From NCBI GenBank assembly GCA_964106915.2, contig OZ066917.1: a stretch of 64,000 bases of DNA; one strand, 5' to 3'. This document shows, one piece after another, positions 53,050 to 64,000 of the stretch (position 1 is the first letter of the stretch; each line of letters begins with the position of its first letter). Source of the stretch: Podarcis gaigeae (lineage: Eukaryota). The notes beneath the pieces were generated by a model. The model saw only the letters and a program-made list of their open reading frames with translations, searched no databases and had not been told where the DNA came from. The position numbers and the translations under genes were made by a program.

Positions 53050-54450
53050 AGCCAATGGAGGGGGGGTGAGGAGCAAAACAACCGATTGCCACCCCCCCCC
53101 ACCACCGCGAACAATCACTCACTCTTGCAGCCCTGCACCTCCATCCAGCAAAAGCAAGGCAGCAAGTTGTGCGCTACATCTCTCCCTCAGACACACAAAC
53201 AGACCCCACCGAGGCAGCAGCCGGTCTCCCGATTGGCTCGCCGCCCTACTCGCCCCCCTCTCCGCTGCCGCCCGCATGGCTGCAGCCACCCGGGGCTGAC
53301 AATGCGGTGGAAACGGGTGTTGCCCACCTGCGCACATGGGCTGCTTCTCCTCTCGCGCTCGCTGCCTCCTGGTGCCGCAGGATGAAGTGGCGGCGGCGGC
53401 GGCGGCTCCTTGCAGCTCCCTGGGCTTCCCCCTTCGCCCGCCCCTGCTCGCTCAGCCCGCTCCAAACAGCCAGGGGGAGCCTCGCACTGCGGGTGCCGCT
53501 CCTTCGCCGCTTGGGATTCCTAGGGAGGGAGGGAGAGAGCGAGCTCCCCGCCTCGCCTCGTAGGTCCACGAGCCGCTACTCCCTCCCCGGGAGGGAGCGC
53601 GTGAGGGAAGGAGGAGCGCGCGAGCGCGTGCTCTCTCCCAGGCACGTTTCTCCCGCCGGCTGCCCTCGCTTGCGAAGTCCCGGCGCATCTATAGCCGGCG
53701 CCCTCCCCTCTTTCCTCGCCCTCCTCCTCCCTCTTTGCTTTTTATCACATGCCCGAGTCTCCAGGCGCCTCTGGCGCCGCTCGGTGCGCGCAGCTCTCTC
53801 GCCAGCCTGCCTGCTGCCTACACACAGCCAGGCCGCCCCCTCCGCCCGCCTGCACCACAACCTGACTGAGGCGCACAGCGCGCGCACACACACGCACACG
53901 CGGAGAGAGTCAGTCCGTCAGTCAAGTCACCTGACTCCGCTGCTCTCCCGGCCGCCCCCTTCCTTTTCCTCCCGTCGCCGACCACGCTCGCCTGAAACAC
54001 TGGGCCAGCCCACCTGTCTGCGCCCCCTCCCAAGCAGCCGCGCAGCCACCCACCCCGCTCTCCCTGCCAGCTAACCACCCACCCACGCGGCCTCTCGGAG
54101 AGAGGAAGCGGGGGAGGCGGGCGGGCCGGGGTAGGGGGGGGGGGGAGAAACACACACACACAGAGAGAGAGAGAGGCCACGCGGAGCCCCCTCGCCTTCC
54201 ACGGCGCGCGCGCACTGCGGACGCGCACACGCGCCTGCACACTTTCCCGCCGCCCCCGAAAGGGCCGCCGGCGGGTAAACTTCAAGCTGCCCCCACCGTG
54301 GAAGAAAGGAGAGAGGAGGCGACGGGAAGTCGAGCCGCGCGCTAGGAGATAAGAGCGCACGCTCTCCTTTGCTGCGGTCACAAATCCGTTGCACAGCCGA
54401 GCCAGGCGCATCTAGGTCTACATGGAGGAGTGCAGTGAGCGGAAGTGCTT
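53050..54450. promoter_or_regulatory. CpG island promoter / 5' end of an unidentified gene, probably transcribed on the minus strand
   Basis: Abrupt rise in GC and CpG content against an AT-rich, CpG-depleted background. Contains (GGC)n at ~53388-53406, GC boxes, a CCAAT box (ATTGG ~53232) and minus-strand donor-like sites at 53122-53117, ~53929 and ~54499. Confidence 0.9.
53123..53144 (-). CDS. Candidate first coding exon end: MEVQGCK plus 1 nt (phase 1)
   Basis: Minus strand reads ATG GAG GTG CAG GGC TGC AAG A|GTGAGT at the downstream edge of the CpG island, with an in-frame stop upstream. It could equally be 5'UTR. Confidence 0.35.
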
Positions 54451-55480
54451 GGATTTTAAATAGTTTTGTCTGCCTACGTCAGAATCGAAACTTGCTTACC
54501 TTGAAAGGTGTCCCTTTTGACTCACGTAGCACGGGATCAGGGTGCGGATAAAATGACCATCACTCCCCCTCACCTGGTGGTAATAAATCGCAGCACCTGG
54601 ACGCCCACGTCAGAGGGGTTTGTGTTTGGAACTGGGGTCTTAAGTGTTTTAGCCCGCTGAAGGCACTGGCACCGGCGTTCTGCTCAGAGCATGTGTACAC
54701 CGGAGTGAATTCCAGTGATTTCAGTGGATTTGCAGCACAATCTGATGCATATCTACTGAGAGAAGTAATGTCTGCGCTGTGCGCAGTGGGGTCTTCTCCG
54801 CCCCTCCCCACCCCCATCCCCAGTAAGTGTGCACAGAATTGCTGCCTTGAGTCCTAACAAGTGTGGTTAGAAATATAGCCTTGAATAGGGCTAATTCTAA
54901 AAAGAAGTACCTAGCTTCTCCATTGAAGTCCTATACATCCTGGTTACTGGTGCAGCAGGCAAAAGGGCTCTTTTAAGCAAGTTCCACTATTTGTTCATCT
55001 AATCTTTCCAGTCTTGGAGATATACAAAACTTAGTCCACAGTGAAATTAATTGTGCTTATAGAGGATGCTTGATCTGAGAATGCATATTTGAATTTTAGG
55101 AACATCAAATGAATTAAATCCAGGCTGGCATAAAAACAACAACAACTGGTCATTTGGGCTATTAATTCTGGTGAAACCAAAGTTTTCTGTTGAGGCTACA
55201 AACTATTCTACAGCACATCGCTGAGGCTACACAGTTTGGGGACAGTAGCTTTTACACAGTGGAGGAGGAAAGGAAATCAGATCTAGCTAACTTGTGATTT
55301 TTTAAAAAACTCAAAGTATGAAGCTTCTCACAGCATAAAAATAAGCAAGGTATTCCTGCTTGCCTTGTGTAGGTAAAAACTATAAACACACACATATAGA
55401 GAAAAAATACTGTATTGTTGGGACTCTGGTGTTTTCCACTAGTATTTTGCACTAAAGTGTGCAATCCATTTCTGGTAAAG

Positions 55481-55531
55481 TAAATTTCAATTGACAAAAA
55501 GAAATTAAATTTCAATTGACAAAAAGAAATT
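55481..55531. repeat. 25-bp tandem duplication
   Basis: TAAATTTCAATTGACAAAAAGAAAT x2. Confidence 0.9.
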
Positions 55532-55866
55532 CTGTTTATAACCTTTTTCAAACAAACAAACAAGTGGGCCCTCTTTACGGAGCAAGTCCTGCTGCTGTTG
55601 AGAATTTCAGCCACTCCATTCCATTTTCCTTCACTCTTTTTCTACCTTGCCCCCAATGTTCAGTGAGTATTTTTTGGTCATCGAACATGCTCAGTCCTCC
55701 TTGGTTTGCTTTGGCAGACTCCCTCTGCACACATACTTTGGTGAATTTCCCCTAGTTTCTGTACTTCTCCACCTTGCAGTTTCCTTAAGCTTGCTGATAC
55801 ATCCCTCCTTTGTATAGATGGCATCATTCATGCTACATTAAGCAGTAACTCTGTGGCTGCATACAT

Positions 55867-56223
55867 AAAAGGGGATAAAGGGGACCCCTGACCATTAGGT
55901 CCAGTCATGGCCGACTCTGGGGTTGCAGTTCTCATCTCACTTTATTGGCTGAGGGAGCCGGCGTACAGCTTACGGGTCATGTAGACAGCATGACTAAGCC
56001 GCTTCTGGTGAACCAGAGCAGCGCACGGAAACGCCGTTTACCTTCCCGCCGGAGCGGTTCCTATTTATCTACTTGCACTTTGACATGCTTTCGAACTGCT
56101 AGGTTGACAGGAACAGAGACTGAGCAACGGGAGCTCACCCCGTCGCAGGGATTTGAACCACCGACCTTCTGATCAGCAAGTCCTACGCTCTGTGGTTTAA
56201 CCCACAGCACCACCCACGTCCCT
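55867..56223 (-). mobile_element. Sauria SINE, full length
   Basis: Reverse complement of the 43735 element. 13-bp TSD TGGCTGCATACAT at 55854-55866 and 56224-56236. Confidence 0.95.
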
Positions 56224-56224
56224 T

Positions 56225-56396
56225 GGCTGCATACATGCCATACATTTAAAGCACAATCAAGTACATAATTTCCCTGAAAAACTCCTGAGAATTGTAGTTT
56301 ACCCTTCACAGAACTATAGTTCCCAACACACTTAAAAAAATACATTTCCCAGGATTCCTGGGTGAGGGCACTTTACAGTACAGTAAGTACACAGCC
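56225..56396. mobile_element. Second copy of the 23184 MITE family; its left TIR was the Sauria SINE target site
   Basis: GGCTGCATACATGCCATACATTTAAAGCAC...CCCTTCACAGAACTATAGTTCCCAACAC...ACACAGCC is colinear with 23184-23387. Confidence 0.65.
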
Positions 56397-57032
56397 TCAC
56401 AGCCTGAACATAGGAAATAAAAGGGACTGGTCTTTGTTTCTCCAGGTTAAATTTCATCTGTGTAAAACATGTAAAACAATAGCACACAATGTCATCCTCT
56501 AACTTCATTTTCATTGCATCTTTGCTTTCAACATATCTGAATATCTCCAACTTTGCTGTGCAAACTCAGTTTCTTGTGAGCATTATGGTTATCCTTCAGC
56601 TAATTTTATCACATCACTTTCTGTAGCCGGAAAGTCTTGCAGTCAAGGCTTCACAGTCTACACTAAAAAATAAGCTACACAATTCACTAACAGCCCACTG
56701 GGTACATTTCCCCCATAGTCTTGTACATATAACATACATCACCAACATAAATGACAATAATTGTGTAAACATGCTTTAGATTCCAATATTAAAATGTTAC
56801 TTATTTGAGGGGGAATTTAGCTGCAAATTATTAAAAACTAGTAGCTCCTGTTAGAATATTTCAGACATGAATTCATATAGACAATTTACTGGCATTCATA
56901 AATATATATTGGTCTTTAACCTGTTTTTTTAAAAAATAAAACTCAAAGTTTGAAAACATTACTAATGTTCTAGAAATGCTACCCTTCCGTTTTTTCAAGA
57001 AGTCTGAAGCAACCTTGGTTTTCGCAAATATT

Positions 57033-57330
57033 NNNNNNNNNNNNNNNNNNNNNNNNNNNNNNNNNNNNNNNNNNNNNNNNNNNNNNNNNNNNNNNNNNNN
57101 NNNNNNNNNNNNNNNNNNNNNNNNNNNNNNNNNNNNNNNNNNNNNNNNNNNNNNNNNNNNNNNNNNNNNNNNNNNNNNNNNNNNNNNNNNNNNNNNNNNN
57201 NNNNNNNNNNNNNNNNNNNNNNNNNNNNNNNNNNNNNNNNNNNNNNNNNNNNNNNNNNNNNNNNNNNNNNNNNNNNNNNNNNNNNNNNNNNNNNNNNNNN
57301 NNNNNNNNNNNNNNNNNNNNNNNNNNNNNN
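57033..57330. other. Assembly gap (298 N)
   Basis: Run of N. Confidence 1.
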
Positions 57331-57372
57331 TTGTGTCCAGTGCCAAAGATTACACCTTTCCAAGCAATTTCA

Positions 57373-58332
57373 GGTTGTTGTTGTTTAGTTGTTTAGTCGT
57401 GTCCGACTCTTCGTGCACCAGAGCACGCCAGGCATTTCTGTCTTCCACTGCCTCCCGCAGTTTGGTCAGACTCATGTTTGTAACTTCGAGAACACTGTCC
57501 AACCATCTCGTCCTCTGTCATCCCCTTCTCCTTGTGCCCTCCATCTTTCCCAACATCAGGATTTTTTCCAGGGAGTCTTCTCTTCTCATGAGGTGGCCAA
57601 AGTATTGGAGCCTCAGCTTCAGGATCTGTCCATCCAGTGAGCACTCAGGGCTGATTTCCTTAAGAATGGATACGTTTGATCTTCTTGCAGTCCATGGGAC
57701 TCTCAAGAGTCTCCTCCAGCACCATAATTCAAAAGCATCAATTCTTCGGCGATCAGCCTTCTTTATGGTCCAGCTTTCACTTCCATAAATTACTACTGGG
57801 AAAACCATGGCTTTAACTATACGGACCTTTGTTGGTAAGGTGATGTCTCTGCTTGTTAAGATGCTGTCTAGGTTTGCCATCGCCTTTCTCCCAAGGAGCA
57901 GGCCTCTTTTAATTTTGTGACTGCTGTCACCATCTGCAGTGATCATGGAGCCCAAGAAAGTAAAATCTCTCACTGCCTCCATTTCTTCCCCTTCTATTTG
58001 CCAGGAGGTGATGGAACCAGTGGCCATGATCTTCATTTTTTTGATGTTGAGCTTCAGACCATATTTTGCGCTCTCCTCTTTCACCCTCATTAAAAGGTTC
58101 TTTAATTCCTCCTCACTTTCTGCTATCAAGGTTGTGTCATCTGCATATCTGAGGTTGTTGATATTTCTTCTGGCGATTTTAATTCCGGCTTGGGATTCAT
58201 CCAGCCCAGCCTTTCACATGATGAATTCTGCATATAAGTTAAATAAGCAGGGAGACAATATACAGCCTTGTCGTACTCCTTTCCCAATTTTGAACCAATC
58301 AGTTGTTCCATATCCAGTTCTAACTGTAGCTT
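57373..58332 (-). mobile_element. Bov-B (RTE-clade) LINE, 5'-truncated, ~0.96 kb
   Basis: Minus-strand translation RNINNLRYADDTTLIAESEEEL...RRRIDAFELWCWRRLLRVPWTARRSN...LRLQYFGHLMRR, which is the RT YADD motif plus the Bov-B C-terminus. (CAA)n tail at 57373; in-frame TGA stops consistent with CGA decay. Confidence 0.95.
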
Positions 58333-61300
58333 ATTTTTCATTTTAATTGTGGCTGTCAAAATAAAAGAATATCAGAATACTAAAGCTGTTGTATATGTCT
58401 GGGAAGAAATTACCTCTGAACACACAATGAGCCATTTCTTTTTACCATATTTAAACAAATGAAGCCTGTTGGCAATTCATAACAAAGTTTCAGAAAAATG
58501 CCCCCAAACCCCATTAAGTCTAGGGGAAAGTGGGTAAGAAATGCTCAAAAGGAGACAAACACTTTGTGTATGTCTGGTGCCTCTATCTGTGTCATCAGAA
58601 CTTGTACTGATACTGTTCAGTTTCTCTGCCCTTGAGAATTTTCATATTTCCAGATAATGAATCAGCGGACTCCTCAAATGCTTGTTTGGTCTTCCACATA
58701 ATTCAGCTTTTTGGAAAAACAACAACAGCCCCTTTTCATTCTCAGGCTTATTTATGCTATAGATTCACCACAGGAACAGGTACCTTTTGGGAGTTTATTC
58801 ATGCCACAGCTGATGTGCAGCAGCTGAACTGAAAAACACCTGAGAGTCCATATCCAGCCCTTAGTACACTTCTCCAGGCCATGCCCCTCACTGGCCCCAC
58901 TCTGTGCCATCCTTGAGTGCTTCTGCCTGGCGGAAATGTTTCCTTGAGCTGAGGAAGTGCATCTTGCTTGCGTTGAAGGAGAGACGTGCGTGTGTAAACC
59001 TTTGGGTTTTGTGTAAGCTGGTATGTAGTATACTGGACAAAGAAAAGACTGACACCCATTACTCCACACAACTTTGCCTCTGGCTACACCTGCAGCCCCA
59101 TAACGGAAAGCAGCCCTATCCACCCCTTCACTAAAATGTGATGTGATACAAGATTATGTGGGGATGAAGGCTACTGTGGTTGCCATTGTACAGCCCAAGC
59201 TGTTTTTGCTTCCTGCTTGGCTTTGTCCATTCCACTTGACACAATGGTTGATCGGGTATCCATTTAACTTGTTTAGCTCTGAAGTTACCTTGCTTGGTGC
59301 ATGTTCTTGGCACAATTGTGCACATTACCTGCAACAAAACCTCTGTGCATTTGTGACAGTTCGGTCCTCTATGACATTAAAAATTATCCTACATTTTCTT
59401 AAATCTGAGAAAGCTGTACGAGCAGCGAAAGCACTGTCAAGAGCATGGAGGAAGCAATGCCAGCCATTTAGGCAGGTGATAAATCTACAGCTGTGCAAAA
59501 ATGGGGTTCACTTCTCATTTGCCCAAAGTGAACATCAGATGCCAAATTGGGGGAAGCTCTACAAGTTAACATTAAACAGGTCAGCTCTGGCAAGCTGCAG
59601 TGTAGACAACACATTAATGTGTGATTTTCCAAGAAATCTAGGAAGGAGATCAGTCTGGTACAAGGAGCGCTGTTTACTCATCTTGATGAATAACCCTTTC
59701 CCACACACTGTCCAAGACCAGACTTATGTAGCTGGACTCTCTTTCCTAATATTTATTTAGACTGGCTTTATAGTTCATACTCCTAGAAGTGTTCCACCTT
59801 CCTCAAACTGGTGCAGAACTTAATGTCTTAATTTTGTTTAAAGATCCAGCCCATATAGAAATGAACATCTCTTCCTCATATGCTTTTCCGTCTTAGCTGC
59901 ACAGCCCTCTCATTAGCAGGACCATTGGTCTTTAGCTGGTAGGCTGACACCTACTTGGCAGTGGGACTTGCACTGGCCTAATGTGGATTGCACCAGCATT
60001 GCCATTACTTTTTGTTTGAATGTTTGGGCTTGTTCTTAATGGGCTCTCCAAGTTGTGTTATTTCACATTTATGCTAATTTGTGCTCAAGATGCTTTCAAT
60101 ACTGCTTGCACCTCGAGAACATGTGGGGTGATTATACTGCTTTATTTCCATTCAGTGCATATCCTGTAACTTCCTGCTGAAACCCCGTAACTTTTTATAA
60201 CATTAATGTTGTGATTTGTTTTCTTTTGAATTTGTTGCACTATAAGCACTCCACACAGCAATAATGTGGTATCATTAGGGAAACATAGCTGAACAAAGCA
60301 AAGAGAACCAATCCACCAGTAACACACTATTATTGTGACAAGAACATGTTGCAGAATACTCTCACAATACAATGCCAATCTGGAGGGGCTCAAAGAAAAG
60401 AAGAGAATCAGAGACAGATCAAAGAGTGATCATAGGGAAATGAGGACAGAATTCCTTTACCTTTAAGAATGATGCTGAAGGTACCACAGATACACCATTG
60501 ATAAGTGTGGCTTTTCTCCCCCGCAACTGCATAAACAAAAACCCAACCCAGTGCCTTCCTTTTCACCTTAATTTGGGTCACCCTAAAGAGAGAACAGAAA
60601 AACTAGCATATAAAAAGCTTTCGATTAAAGGTGGGTCCTAGCTTTGTAGATTGTGAAAACTGAGCTAATATGTCAGTTTCTCAGATAATTTCTCAATTAT
60701 TGATCCCCTTAGATGAGGTTAAGATTTATTATCTGCTTCTCTTTTTATTACCAACACCCTGATGCATTGTGGCCTCCAAGACACTTGCAAGCTGCAATAT
60801 TTCCAGAAATACTAACACAGGTGGGAAACAGTTAAAATCTCAGAGTACAATTTTGCTTCTCAGAAAGCCCATGGAAATTGCTCTCACTGCTTTAATTGTG
60901 ATGTATACCATTAATATCAAGACTGTGACAAGAAATTCCAAATTGCACAAAGTATTTTCTGGGGACTTAATGGCCTAGTTGATGTTAATGCCCCTCAGTT
61001 TTACTTTCAGCCATTAACATCTCTTAGGTCATTAATTAATTCCCAGGAAATGTTCTAGAAGTTTGTATCTTCATTGCTATCACTAAAATATTGTACATTA
61101 TAATTAAACAGTAATCTTCATCCCTTTGTCTCCAGAATAGTCACACTTACTTCAGTCCACTAGAATAAATAGTTCGCAGTCTTAGGCACTAAAAACATAA
61201 ACAAACATAACCAGTATTTGTCCCCAAGGCACCTATTCACTGTCAGAAGCATTTTTATTTACATTATTTTCCATTGTGAGTTTAAGTGAGGAGTTGTGTA

Positions 61301-61647
61301 AACACCCATTTACTGATTAGTTTTATTTTACTGCTTAATAATAGATCACACTAGACATAATGAAGTTCTGCTGCATAGCTTTATGGCGCACTTCAATTAC
61401 TGCATCATCTTTAAAGACAAACACTCATTAATATATGGATAAATAAGTGCTCATAGAAAACTAAACAAAACAGACTATAAACAGCATGCAAAAAAGCCCC
61501 CAGTTGATTTGATGTTAGTTTCCTTGTGTTGAGTACAGACATTACTCTTTTTTTCTTTTTTCTTTTTTTTGGTAGAAGTCAGGAGATGTGGGAACCTCAT
61601 GACTACTGATCAGAGGAAGTAAACAACCCAAAATCAAATACAACTAA

Positions 61648-62033
61648 TAGAATTGATGCTTTTGAATTATGGTGCTGGAGTAGACTCTTGAGAGTCCCAT
61701 GGACTGCAAGAAGATCAAACCTATCCATTCTTAAGGAAATCAGCCCTGAGCGCTCACTGGAAGGACAGATCCTGAAGCTGAGGCTCCAATACTTTGGCCA
61801 CCTCATGAGAAGAGAAGACCCCCTGAAAAAGACCCTGATGTTGGGAAAGATGGAGGGCACAAGGAGAAGAGGACGACAGAGGACAAGATGGTTGGACAGT
61901 GTTCTCGAAGCTACCAACATGAGATTGACCAAACTGCGGGAGGCGGTGGAAGACAGGAGTGTCTGGCATGCTCTCCATGGGGTCACGAAGAGGCGGACAC
62001 AACTAAACGACTAAACAACAAAACAACAACAAC
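61648..62033 (+). mobile_element. Bov-B LINE 3' fragment
   Basis: RIDAFELWCW-RLLRVPWTARRSNLSILKEISPE...RRRGRQRTRWLD followed by a (CAA)n tail; highly similar to 57373-57745. Confidence 0.95.
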
Positions 62034-64000
62034 ATCTTAAGGTTGTCCAATGTCACTTATGTTTCATGTTTGTAGTGTTTTCCTTTCCTTTCTTAGCCTT
62101 TCTTTCACAGCTTAAGTTAAGTGTGGAAGTGGCAGGTGGGGCCAGTGTGTCCACATTGACTTTGGGCAAAGTGGTGCATATTTTCTTGTCATTCTTCCTG
62201 ATGGTAGGAATGCTTCAAATTCTTCAAAGACTTGGCTGCTTGTCTAGGACTTCAAAGTATGGAGGAATGTCATCCTCCGGTGACCAGCATGCTCTGCTGG
62301 CATCCTTTATTTCCCTACAGCCTCACTCGGCACAGATCTTTGGACTAGCTGTGACATTTTCTCATGCTGCATTTGAACCTTCTTTCATTCACTGAAAGTC
62401 TACTGAAACACAGATGTATGGCTAATCGCACAACTCCCTACACACACAGATTTCTATAAAGGCCGCTACTTTCCCTCCAGTCAAAACTCATCTTTTTTTC
62501 TGGCTGTTGGAATAGAAAGGAGAAAGTTTGCCTGATTTGGTTTCCTGGTACTGCTCAATAAGATCCTGAAAGTTCCCATAGGTGCTTTTCCAGAAATGCT
62601 TGTTTAAAATTAAATCTGGGCAGAATTTTGAACTGGGACAAGAAGTCATTAAAAAAGATGATTGATCCTTTCCACTGCAAAAGCAAACATAGCTAAAGCA
62701 TGGGAGTGGGGGTAGCAGCACTCCTAGTCTCAGACGGTTTGAAAAAATATGGGATATGTTAACACTGACTAACCTAATGCACTGCGGAAGAGCAGCTAAT
62801 GAAGAAACAAATAGATTCTAAGAATGAGGGACATTGCTGATTACAATCTGGAACGACAAATTCCAGGGGAATAGGATCCATATAATACATTTGCTCTATT
62901 GTGATGCAATTATACGCAGTGTTCTACAACTATGTAACTTGCCACTATCTTTTCATGCCTCAGGATAAAGTCACATGCCCAGGTTGTTCCTATGGTGCAG
63001 CTAAGATGGCCGCCCCTATGCCAGGGCTAATGCTGGTGAAATGTAGTTAGGATTCTGTGCTCCTCGGCATCAGAAATCAAAAGCACAAATAATAGCAGCA
63101 GAAAAAGAGCCAACATAGCAACAATGCTAGCAGCTCCCACAGAGTCCCTGGCAACTATGTTGCTACCTGCCAATTACAATTTTACTCATTCTGCTACATT
63201 TGGCTGCCCTGAGTATCCACACTCAGGATACAAATCTTGCTAATTGGGGAAATGGTTTTACTAGCTATGCAATCCTCAACATATGTACGTGGATATAGGT
63301 TACTTCAGAGTAATTGTGGTTTAAGAGCAGGATGGGTTTTTCACTAATAAGAACCTAATTAACACTCTGTGAGATATTCTGCTGCATCCTTCCTTTTGCT
63401 TGATCTATGAAAGCATTCTGAAAATGATATGGAATTTGGTAACTGTGGGCACAGAAAATATTTTGTCAGCTGGTGCTATTCATTTGTTAGACTTAGATAT
63501 TGGGTTTTTGTTCTACATTAACTAGAACAGCGCCCCAAATTAAGTTTAAAACTTGGAATAATTTGCCTGGAATAATTAAGTTCCTTTCAAAATGATTCAA
63601 AGCATTAAAATAATTTACATTTTAACCACTCATCAAGTGAGACTTCTTGTCTGATCCTTTAAAATTTTAGAAACTAATCCCGCAGTCATATAAACATTTA
63701 CCTAGAAGTATATGTGAACTCAATGGGACTTACTTCTGAACATACATGTGTAGAATTGCAGTGTAAGTCCAACACAATCAAAGAAAATGCTAATACATCC
63801 AGGGTACAACCCAGTTGAAATTAGCTGTCATTAAATCTTACTGAAATCAACAGAAAAGAAGTACTCAGTTAATGCCTAAAGCCCATGGATTGCAAAGAGA
63901 TATGTTTGTTTAGCTGTCACTGGACTGGGTTTCTACATCTAAGGGCATCAGTAGTCCTTCTGTAACTCCAAACAAAAAAAAAGTTTGGGATTCAAGAGCC

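Noticed and set aside
8237-53144. Assigning a gene symbol to the host gene
   Set aside because: The candidate N-termini match no protein I recognise. The shared coding exons probably lie outside the window.
53169-54411. Long ORFs in the CpG island (301 aa plus strand, 197 aa minus strand and others)
   Set aside because: Low-complexity Arg/Pro/Ala/Ser translations in overlapping frames on both strands are expected from stop-poor GC-rich DNA. No recognisable domain.
56873-57788. ORFs of 157, 270 and 122 aa
   Set aside because: Artefacts of translating through the N gap and the antisense of Bov-B.
57518-58129. 203-aa RT-like ORF as a functional or domesticated gene
   Set aside because: It is a 5'-truncated Bov-B piece bounded by premature stops.
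59143-59760. 205-aa plus-strand ORF
   Set aside because: Non-ATG start, no recognisable motif and no convincing splice signals. Treated as a chance ORF, though not searched.

Overview
Vertebrate genomic DNA, almost certainly from a squamate and probably a lacertid-type lizard, judged from Sauria SINEs, Bov-B, squamate L2/RTE/L1/CR1 fragments and lizard MITEs. Family names come from my recognition of the sequence, not from a database search. The window has no long host coding exon. Its main structure is a CpG island promoter at about 53.05-54.45 kb. Minus-strand splice donors suggest it drives a gene transcribed leftwards, so bases 1-53 kb would mostly be a very large 5' intronic region. That region holds several candidate alternative first exons or internal promoters (about 49.3, 38.4, 30.4, 28.5 and 8.3-8.8 kb). 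I cannot name the gene. The rest is AT-rich intronic or intergenic DNA with many transposon relics (several with exact TSDs and TIRs), microsatellites and a 298-N assembly gap. The most interesting patterns are: (i) candidate alternative N-terminal exons, three in splice phase 1, one encoding a mitochondrial-presequence-like peptide; (ii) TCAC[A/G]TGAC motifs just upstream of three candidate internal first exons; (iii) a hAT MITE carrying telomere-like CCCTAA units; (iv) an internally deleted L2 and a 66-bp micro-Bov-B; (v) an abundant ~90-bp palindromic repeat family. Nearly all ORFs in the supplied track are spurious or TE-derived. I see no solid evidence for a wholly new biological system; the exon and promoter findings are hypotheses.
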